Shown here piece by piece: positions 54,108 through 64,000 of a stretch of 64,000 bases of DNA; the stretch's first letter is position 1, and every line of letters begins with the position of its first letter. The notes under the pieces were generated by a model. That model had not been told where the DNA came from and searched no databases. It was given only the letters and a program-made list of their open reading frames with translations. Position numbers and translations under genes: made by a program. This DNA is from Diadema antillarum (Eukaryota), in the NCBI RefSeq assembly GCF_040938485.1, contig NW_027270920.1, positions 1,054,001 to 1,118,000 of the forward strand, in the 5' to 3' direction.

Positions 54108-54248
54108 NNNNNNNNNNNNNNNNNNNNNNNNNNNNNNNNNNNNNNNNNNNNNNNNNNNNNNNNNNNNNNNNNNNNNNNNNNNNNNNNNNNNNNNNNNNNN
54201 NNNNNNNNNNNNNNNNNNNNNNNNNNNNNNNNNNNNNNNNNNNNNNNN
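54108..54248. other. Assembly gap (N run)
   Basis: Run of N. Confidence 1.
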
Positions 54249-54399
54249 ATTAAAATGTACCTATTCCAATTGACTAATGGGAAAGAATGAATTATGAAAT
54301 ACAAAAATCATTACAAGCACATACACGTACATGGAAGTATAAAGTAAAAGGATGAAACAACAATAATGAAAAATATGAAATTACATAATGTACATATAG

Positions 54400-54720
54400 A
54401 TCCAGCGGAAAGCAATGAGTCTTGAGGGCCACTTTTAAACAGTCAACAATCGAAACGTAACGGATAGCTTAAGGCAACTGATTCCACAGGTAAGGCCAGT
54501 ACGTGCAAACGACCGATCCCCCATTATTTCTTAGTTTTTGGAACAGGTAATTTACAGTCGGAGAATTATAAGGTATCAACACATCAATATTGTACTCTGC
54601 GGCAGATCCGTATATGCAGTGAAAACCAACAGGTACCAACATTCAACAGGTAACCAGTGCAGTTAGGATAGAACGGGGGTAATGTGAGTATGAACAATGT
54701 ATTTTGGGCATGAACAGTTC
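54400..54720 (-). mobile_element. Degenerate L2-clade LINE ORF2 3' fragment
   Basis: Minus strand reads HITPVLS*LHWLPVE ... LKVALKTHCF, the L2 ORF2 C-terminal motif, with stops and frameshifts. Confidence 0.7.
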
Positions 54721-54836
54721 TTATCATCAATACAAAGATAGAATTCATTGAATCGTCGTGTGGGGTATAGTTGTGTAGGTGACTATTTCGACGAAATACA
54801 CCCTGAAATATTTTGGGTGGGTGATTAAAACATCTT

Positions 54837-55225
54837 GGCCCGAATTCACGAAGGTGGTACAAATGAAACCATGGTTTAAATCATGGACAAAAACCATGGA
54901 GCGCCAAGTGTCGCATGGAATATTTCGTTACGAAATCAGTCATTTCGTCGATGTTGATGATTACTTTGTAATGAAATGACGACATTTTGTAACTAAATGA
55001 ACATTTCGTCGATGAAATGATTACTTTGTAATGAAATGACGAAATTTTGTAACTAAATGAACATTTCGTCCACGAAATGATAATTACGTTAACGAAACGG
55101 GCATTTTGTCGACGAAATGACCAATTTCGTAACGAAATATTCCGTGCGACTTTTGGCGCTCCATGGTTTTTGTCCATGGTTTAAATCATGGTTTCATACT
55201 TGTACCACCTTCGTGAATTCGGGCC
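54837..55225. mobile_element. Foldback MITE (GGCCCGAATTCACGAAGG termini), same family as 45154-45465
   Basis: GGCCCGAATTCACGAAGGTGGTAC ... GTACCACCTTCGTGAATTCGGGCC; arms pair over more than 100 bp. Confidence 0.85.
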
Positions 55226-56599
55226 AAAGTGGCCAAGTTCAAATGAACACAAATCCTTTATTTTCAGACTTTTATATTTTGAAAACAAAACAAACAAAAA
55301 CACCAGCGGGGAAGAAAAAAACGAATCGAAACAAAATTCAATACAATTCATTTATTTCATTAATCGCGACAAAAAAAAAACAGAGATGTCCATTCGTTTT
55401 CCTTATAAAATTTTGACTACTTTTAGGGTAGACTAATCTAAAGGCCTATATCTACCACATCAAGCAGAAATTACCTTATTTTTCATTCATTGGCTACCAT
55501 AGCTAAGTGTTCTAATTCCAGCTGCCGTCTACAAAGATATCTGAAATGCTCCTGTTTAGCTGGCATAATGTGAAGCATAAACCCCAACCACATTAGATTT
55601 TGTCACGAGGTACCGCGGCTGTAAGTTGGATAGTAATAGAGATAATAACGTTATCATTACTCATACCTGTAGCAATGACATGAATCACTACACGTTCATT
55701 TCGCCAAAAATATACCTAGTAAAAGTATAATAAAAAGTATAATGACGGGTATGACAAAGGACTTCAAATACCACATAGTCTGACTAAGTTCACTAAAAGT
55801 CTAGAATATCAAATATTGAATTGAATCTTCAACATCATTTGATATTGAATAGATTAAATTTGACCATGAATTTTGGCGGCGAGTGAAAATATGTTTGCCG
55901 AATTTGGTAACGCTATACTAAGGTGCGACCATGAAGACAAGTGTCGTCTTGCGACCATTGGAAGACAAGTGTCGTCCATCTGACAACCCCGGTCGGGGCA
56001 GCTATAGCTGATGTGCGTGCGATACACTGATCCGCTAGTTATTTAATAATGATAACCAATATTTACATAGCGCTGTTTCTAAACAGACACACAAGGTTCT
56101 TCAACAATTTCAACAAAATATAAGAATTCAACAATATTTTCCAAACAAAACAGAAAAAGTACAAAGCAAAACAAATAAACAATGACTATTTCCCCTATTC
56201 TTGATGAGAAAACACATATAAAACAATGTGCTCACCAATTTCCGGTGAAAGCATATATTTTCTTGAAAAGTGGTGATACACAAGATAAGGGCACACAACA
56301 AAATATCCCTTTTTATCAACATCATAAGACAGACATCGTGAACTTTCATCACATCAACGCTTTACGTAAGACAGTTGAGGCATAATCGTAATTGTTAGAT
56401 AAACTTACCGAGTACGTTCAGTCAGACGTTACTCTGATCAGGGTGTCAGGACAAAAATTTTTGCCCTACTGGCAATTGATCAACATCATTCGGATCCAAT
56501 CAACACATGGAGGAAACGAATCTAAAGTAGCATGGAATTAATGAGACCATGCATCCCTTCATGTTCCATTTACCGGCGGAAAGCGAAGAGTGGTACATC

Positions 56600-59499
56600 A
56601 GCGAATTATATTCCACATACTAAGAATCTTGCTATAGGATTGGTGAAGAGCTTATCACGTGATAAAACGTAGTTTTCCCCATCACATCACCTGAGAAGAA
56701 AAGTTCGTTACACTCTATAGTCCCTTTTGTTTCGCTGATCTCTTCAGTCTATACAGTCCTAACGCGAGATGAGTACGCGCGAAAATAAGTGCGTTGCACT
56801 GTGGACTATCATTTAAAGTGAAAACTAAGTTTCGGTAAGTGCTTGAGAACCCGTCTAGCACCATTTCATTTTTGCTTGCAATATATCGAAAGAGTCCACT
56901 AAGAAACTTACCTGGCTGACGCGGTTTGCCGGAATGATGAGTCGGTTTGGAGTATTTTGAGAAAAATAATAATAGTAGGAAAACCGACTTTTATTCCAGA
57001 AGGCTCCAGACTAACTCGGTCTCGGGAAAAATTCGACCCTACTTCAGACAATTCACACGCAGTAAGTGATCTCCACATTCTACTGGCCACTGCATAATAC
57101 CAAATGAGGCCTAACTGAATGGACAGGAAAGTGCGTGCTACGTAATCCAGTACAAATCAAAACAAAAATGACAGCGCGCGGTCCTCAGTTGCTGAGACGC
57201 GCGGTCTTTGGAGTTTTTTGTTGTTGTTTATCAAGCGCCTTTGGTTGTTTTAGAGATGCTTGATAGGCGCACACTAATTTTGCATGCGCGCAAAAGAGTT
57301 TTTTGTTGCGCGCGTTGTAACAACTCGGACCATTACTGCGAGTAGCCACAACACGAAGCGCTAGTTTATACAGGCCGCTCCCATAGGACAACACTGTTGG
57401 TACAATCAGAGGGACAACCATACAACTCATCTCGCCGTCAAAGCGAAGCCGAGTTATCCCCGAGTCCGAGTTTAGCCTGACCCCGTTCGGGTAAGTTCTG
57501 AGACTGAACCTTTTTGGTTAATATTTCGCATTTTCGTCGTTACCCATCGAATATCTTGTAATAAGATCGTTATCCTGCACATTTCCTAAGCATACGTTCA
57601 CATTTGGGAGCGAAATTTGACAACTTTTGCAGGCGTACCAGAACTTTGTTTGGGCTTTAACTACTGTCACTGTCTTGATAGTCCACAGTGCAACGCACTT
57701 TAACTTCGGTGCCGCGCGGTGCGCGCAGCAAATTCATTGTTTAGTCATGTACGCGCACACGTCTAAAGTACTATTATAAAATGGGTTCAAGAATGTAGCC
57801 AATTGGAAGCGCTGAAATGAGTCACGTGTGCTTGTATTAATTTCTCACTAACATCCACGGCTGACGTCACAATGTTTGCACTAGCAGTGCGCACTCAATC
57901 AGTTGTTACAAGTGCGTCGCGCGCTACTATACGCGCTGTCAATCCTGTAAACAACTTCTAGTTCGGGCTGCCGGCCGGCCTTTCTTGTGTGCATAACATG
58001 TGTGGCGTACGTATACTCTTATACGTACAGTACTTAGGCCTATATGTGCGGGATTTCCGAGTGCGACGTGCGTAAATGTTTGGGACGAACATCTTCGGAC
58101 ATCTTGATCCACAAAGGTACATGAAAAATGCTGTTTCGACCCATTTTATAAAACAAATGATGCACAGGATTATTTCGGGGCGTTAGTGGAGATGCAGCTC
58201 ACTCTCGGGTATTTACATCTCCACTAACGCACTCTATCCTGTGCATCATTTGTATATTAGTAGTAAACTATGTAGCCTAAGCCCTAATTATATTCCACAT
58301 ACTAAGAATGTTGCAATAGGATTGGTCCAGAACTGATCACGTGATGAAGCGTAGTTTTGTCCATCACATCACCTGTATGGTGATAGTAAGCAAATAATCA
58401 ACGTTGGTGAAGGTGATGGGACAAACTATCACTTCAGAGGCAATCTGGATGTAGCTATCTTTCCGAAGCGCAGCTGAGGAAAGATAGCGTACACATTCAG
58501 ATCGCCGAGGAAGTGATAGTTTGTCTCATTGTCTGAAACTAAAAGTTGATTATTTGCTTTATATTCCACATCTAGGGTCCTAGAAATTCCCATTTTATTC
58601 CAAATCTGAAACCTTTTTAGCTGTCTTTAGGTATCCTTAGGGCTTAGGCTACGTGTGCGCGTAGATGACAAAACGATGAATTTGCTGCGCGCACCGCGCG
58701 GCACTGAAGTGAAAGTGCGTTGCACTGTGTACTATCAAGTGACCTAGTTAAATGATAGTCCATAGTGCAACGCACTTTTATTTCGCGCGTACTCATCTCG
58801 CGTTAACACTGTATGGACTGCCAGAGATCAGCAAAACAAACAGCTGTCTTTATAGATGACAAAACAATGAATTTGCTGCGCGCACCGCGCGACACTGAAG
58901 GGAAAGTGCGTTGCACTGTGTACTATCAAGTGACCTAGTTCTTCTCGGGTGATGTGATGGGCAAAACTACGCTTTATCACGTGATCAGCTCTTGACCAAT
59001 CCTATAGCAAGATTCTTAGTATGTGGAATATAATCCCTTTTGTTTCGCTGATCTCCACACAGTCCACACAGTCCTAACGCAAGATGAGTACGCGCGAAAT
59101 AAAAGTGCTTTGCACTGTGGACTATCATGTGACCTAGGTCACTTGATAGTACACAGTGCAACGCACTTTCACTTCGGTGCCGCGCGGTGCGCGCAGCAAA
59201 TTCATTGTTTTGTCATCTACGCGCACACGTAGCCTAAGCCTTAAGGATACCTAAAGACAGCTAAACGGTTTCAGATGTGGAATAAAATGGGAATTTCTAG
59301 GACCCTAGATGTGGAATATAAAGCAAATAATCAACTTTTAGTTTCAGGCAATGAGACAAACTATCACTTCCTCGGCGATCTGAATGTGTACGCTATCTTT
59401 CCTCAGCTGCGCTTCAGAAAGATAGCTACATCCAGATCGCCTCGGAAGTGATAGTTTGTCCCCTCACCTTCACCAACGTTGATTATTTGCTTACTATCA
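56600..59499. repeat. Composite region of shuffled repeat modules including a ~367-bp-arm inverted repeat (58381-58747 / 59134-59499)
   Basis: The arms are near-identical reverse complements. The same modules recur at 56606-56811, 57671-57764, 58288-58373 and in the spacer. Confidence 0.85.
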
Positions 59500-60560
59500 G
59501 CTACCAAATCTCAATTCTGAGTAGTGACAAATGATATGGGCATGATGCGCGGACGTGCTTAATCATTGCGTTTAAATCGGCCCATTTCAGGCGTTGAAAC
59601 ACAGGCTATCCGTATTTACAGAGATTTCGTGTCGAGTGTTCTTTCGTGGAATGTCATGAGAATCATTCTTTGTTGGAAGTAACAACGAATCAATCCTGAT
59701 TATTCACTACAGTATCTTGCCAAGTGGCAAACACATTAAATGCATTATATTTATTCAGAAAGTTACTTTTTTGTTAAATTTGAAGAAAAAAAATACCATA
59801 CTGAAGAAACCATGCACGAGGCGAGGTAAACACGAGAAGATGAAGTTTCTGCAGTGAAATCTGCCAGCCTTCGTCCGGCGAAGTGCCTCGTGAGACAGAA
59901 GATTAGCTTTATTTCCTTCAGCATTTTTAGCATATTTTCCATAAACACTTTCTATTCTTCCTCTTTTGAACGTCGTGTAATGTTCTTTTTAGATCCCATG
60001 TAACAGTGCGCTTATGAAGTTGGGAAATATCGATGAGTTTACTAAAGTTGCAATTGAGGTACAACGATTTTCTTCGTTTACCGAAAGTGAAGAAGTATGC
60101 ATTCTTCGTCAATGATGGGAGAGATGTTTGTTTGTTTGTTTGTTTCTTCTTGTTTCTTTTTTTTCTTCAATATACATACATCAGAGAGAGGGAGAGAGAG
60201 CAATGAATAAAAAAAAAAACTCGGAAAAAACCGCTCGGTCGATCGAGTGATGGAGGTGACTGCTCACAGAGAAAAAGGCCATAACGCAGCTTTAAATTGA
60301 TACCTACACCAATTAACAGGAAAGCAAGCTATAGCACGAGGGTTCTGAACAATTTCGGGAATACATGTGGCAAAGCTTGAGGGATAGTAATAGTTGTAAC
60401 GCAGAAAGAAGTCACAAAACCTTCATGACTGAGGGGGTACTAAAGGTCCATGCAACAAACGCTTAGAAAAGGTCATCTTGTTGGCCTTCAAGGTATGCAC
60501 TACAGTTATTATTTTTACATTCGTTTATGATTAGTATCATTGTCATCTTGATCTACAGGT

Positions 60561-60800
60561 GGTGGAGGTGTCGGCCTGAGTGGAATGTCTCTGAATGATA
60601 TGACCATAGTATGGGTTCAAGCCCATGCGAAGCCCGACACGTTTGCCCTTCAGTAAGGCACTTTGTATACATTGCTGCTCTAAATGGAAACCCAGTAGGA
60701 TGAGAAAGTTTATATTGGTTGATCAGCATGTGCACGCCTGTAAAATGTCTGCGACTGAGTGGAATGCTCCAAAGAGTGAGCACTGTCAGTGCTGATTTGA
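60561..60800 (+). mobile_element. tRNA-derived SINE
   Basis: A-box-like TCGGCCTGAGTGG, B-box GGGTTCAAGCCC at 60613, then a CCCTTCAGTAAGGCACTT core-like segment as seen in deuterostome SINEs. Confidence 0.65.
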
Positions 60801-61902
60801 AATGTACTTACTTTTTTATCTATTTATTCATTTATTTGTTTGTTTACTTATTTACTTATTTATTTATCTATTTCTATTCATTTCTAATTTTCTGTCAGGG
60901 TAGCCCATTCACTAATAAGTAGTGATATTCCATGGAGCCCTGAAAAATATTAACGAGTATAATCGTATATATACATTAAAAAGCAAAACGTATACAGAAG
61001 AAAACATAGATTTATACTATACATTGCAAAGTATAACATAAAAGATGCAGTGTATATTGATATACCGCAAGAGGTCACCAGAATGCCTAAATATCAATTA
61101 AAACAGATTTACAAATAAATTAAAATAAATCAGTTGAAATAATGCTTCCAATCACCGGGAAAATAATAGTGTTAAGCGCATTTCATTGAGACACTTAACG
61201 AGTGTGAAATGCTGATATATTATATACATATATTATATGTATATATAAAACTAGCAAGCTATCGATACTCAAAATGGAAAATTAGAACGCTTGTTAGGAT
61301 AGCGACTAGCATTATCATCAAACAGACTGCGATAAGATGACTGGGGGAGGGGTGACGATCGTGGGTGCAATGCATGTGTGGTGGTATAATATAGATCAGA
61401 GGTGAAAGACATATACAAGAATTACCATCATATGAACTTTATACAGGAGAAAAAAAAAATCAAAAATCAAAGAGGAGAGAGATAGAGAAGGAGAAAAGAC
61501 ACAAAACTATTGAAGGGAGGATGGGGGCGAGGTATTGGTATAGAGAAAGAGAGTAAGAAACAGATGTACAAGCTGAACGAAACAAAAAATGAGTGAAAAC
61601 CTTTGGCGTCTTTTTCGACCTTCGCTGAGAGCTAATGATCCAGGACCAAGACATCACAATTATGATTACAAGCATATCATGCCAAGATTACTGTGTATCT
61701 CTCTATCGAGATATATAAGGAAGCTAAGATGAAAATGTGAGAGTCCAAACGAAATATGAACTAATGAGTAGATTATTTCGTGACGTGATGGCAGTAAAGT
61801 TAAGCAGCATGCGTCTAATAGTGTGAGTGATAACCTTCAGCAAGATGAAACCACCAGCTGCTACTGAAATGTCTTCGTACAAAGAAATAGCGGAAAGAAA
61901 AG

Positions 61903-62006
61903 TATAAATTGAGGTCCGTTTCTTCGTCCGTCAACGTTCTCCAGTCGACGCGGCTGAAACCATCCCCAGAGACGCAATTTTCACCAAAGCTGATTGATTT
62001 TGCCGA
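61903..62006 (+). promoter_or_regulatory. Candidate TATA box and non-coding first exon of peptide gene copy 5
   Basis: TATAAAT at 61903, TCAAC about 29 bp downstream, donor GA|GTAAGA at 62006/62007; inferred by analogy with the other copies. Confidence 0.4.
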
Positions 62007-62367
62007 GTAAGATTTGATTACTATGCCCTCTCAATTTATCATTTTTTGACCATTTACTAGTTAATTTTGTCGTTACTACATCATCCTTGTTATTGTGTTT
62101 AGCTAGCGTTAGGAATAGAGTAAATGTTCAAGATAGCTGAATTAATTGTTTTTCATTTTATCTCCTAGATGCCGATGACATCGGTGTGGAAATGTTCAAA
62201 GATTTTGGGGTATCATACAATAGTTATTTAATCTTTGAATTTCCGTGCATCTTGAGAATGTACAGTTCAAAGTAGATATTTAATCTAATAATATCCAAAT
62301 TATATTAGTGAAAATTGCAATTTCATAGACCTTTCTTCATTCCTCTACCAGATCTGCAAACACCACC

Positions 62368-62536
62368 ATGGCCAAGTTTCTCTTTGTCGTGCTCGCTGCC
62401 GCACTCGTCGTTGCTGCGCTGGCCGAGATGGAGTTCGAAGACGAGGAGACCGACCTCGAGTTCCTCAAGAGAGACCCCGAGATGCAGGAATACTTCATGG
62501 CAGAAAAGAGGGGGAGGTCCATGAAGAAGTACAAGT
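62368..62536 (+). CDS. Secreted Cys-rich peptide precursor, copy 5, first coding exon only (remaining exons presumably beyond window end)
   Basis: MAKFLFVVLAAALVVAALAEMEFEDEETDLEFLKRDPEMQEYFMAEKRGRSMKKYK + t|GTAAGT; acceptor CCAG|ATCTG at 62351/62352. No QDCWC exon is found in 62537-64000. Confidence 0.85.
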
Positions 62537-64000
62537 GTAAGTAAAGTCAACCATTTCCTGTTTTAAGAATAATAACCAAAGCATGGGTGAATAAGAATTG
62601 TTATCCAGAGAATTTCATTTACATTGTTCTCGATGATATCTAGATATCAAAAAATTATTGTGCTTTCGTTATAATGTTACGAACATAATTATACTAAGGA
62701 GCTCTGATAGCTGTTTAGTGCTTTAATCTATTTTATTCCAAACAAATCAACTCTTTGTAGAAAAAAACCCACATTGAGTAGCATGCAGTGCTTATCCCCT
62801 CATGAATACTGATTTCAAGAATATTCTTGAATATGTATTTGAAGCCATTTCTTATTTATGTGGGGGTGGGGTGGGGGTCCTTCACTGTACAAATAAATAA
62901 CAAATTTGGGCCAGTATATAGTGCCATGATAAAGAGACTTGACTCAGAAGTATAGGAAGTCCAAAGAACGATCTAAAAATCTGTGCCAAGGTCATGACCT
63001 CCAGAGATTTTGTTAATTCCACATACAACACAATGTCACAATGAACAATTTCGAAATACCGAAATATTTATTTTACAAAATAAAAAGCTCTTCCTGCTAC
63101 AAAACACCACGTAGTTAAAGAAAATGAGGTTTTATGAAAACAATACACTGATAGTTCAACCACTTTTACGGTGAGCTGAAAACAAGATCTATAACTTACA
63201 TAAGTTCTAATGCAAAAATTAAGTGACAGCTACTCAACATTTGTCCGCAACCCCCCCCCCCCCAAAAAAAAAAAAAAAAAAAAAAAACTTATCCTGTCAC
63301 GAAACACCACACATTGAAAAGAAATGTGTTTCTATTTGTTTGTTTTGGTGTTTTTTATGCTTGTACAATTTCAAAGTGAGCTAAAAAAAAAATGACAAAG
63401 TGAAAGTGCAATGCACAATTCAGTGAAGGCTGTCTAAACATTTGTCTGCCAAAATTTAAAATTCTTCCTCTTTCGAAACATCACATACAGACATAATGAC
63501 ATTAAGTGGGGCTCTATTGAAATAAAAAAAGTCGATGGTTCCACCACATGTTTGTCCTGCTGTCCCTGAAAAAAAAAATGAATGTAACGGTGAAAAAAAA
63601 AAAAAAACAAGATTTGATGAGTGAAGATCCAATGCACAATTCTGTGTAGGGTATCTTTTGTCTGCCCAAATTAAAACCTCTTCTAGCTGTTTCAAAATAC
63701 TACTGTATGTAGTAAAAGGAAATGAGGTTCTATGAAAATTATAAACTGATAGTTCTGCAGGTGGTGTTTTCTTCTCTTCTGGAAAAATTGTGTAGTGCTA
63801 CCGTGAGCTGAAAACACGTTTAGGCTCTGTATGGAAATTCTTGAAGCGTGTTTATCAGTCTCTCACTTTTTGTATTCAAATCATTCATGTGTTTTACTTG
63901 ACAATTTTCACTGAGCACCTGCTAATTCCTTAATGGTTTTTCGAATGTACACCTTCACTTATATCACATTTCAATTAATGTTGATGCTTATTCCAAAAGT

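Noticed and set aside
28706-62550. Recurrent minus-strand ORFs over the peptide exons (28706-28930, 42643-42916, 49788-50251, 62323-62550)
   Set aside because: Antisense shadows of GC3-biased coding exons; no independent splice or homology support.

Overview
AT-rich animal genomic DNA from a draft assembly with three sized N-gaps; the repeat content suggests a marine invertebrate deuterostome, probably an echinoderm (inference). The left part holds a ~275-bp satellite array and a four-exon LEPROT/OB-RGRP (Vps55 family) gene (4029-10755, +). From ~27.9 kb to the window end is a head-to-tail cluster of five paralogous small secreted-peptide genes: four complete, and a fifth cut off by the window end. 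The ORF track misses them because they are split into tiny exons. Each complete copy encodes an 88-89 aa precursor: signal peptide, acidic pro-region, KR, a conserved 11-aa acidic spacer, KR, then a 38-41 aa cationic peptide with an invariant C-x6-C-W-C-x9-C core and a Gly-rich tail. This architecture fits an antimicrobial or defence peptide family that I cannot assign to a named family; the closest I recall is the four-Cys sea-star PpCrAMP. The rest is MITEs, L2 LINE and SINE fragments, tandem repeats, perfect palindromes and a scrambled nested inverted-repeat region at 56.6-59.5 kb.
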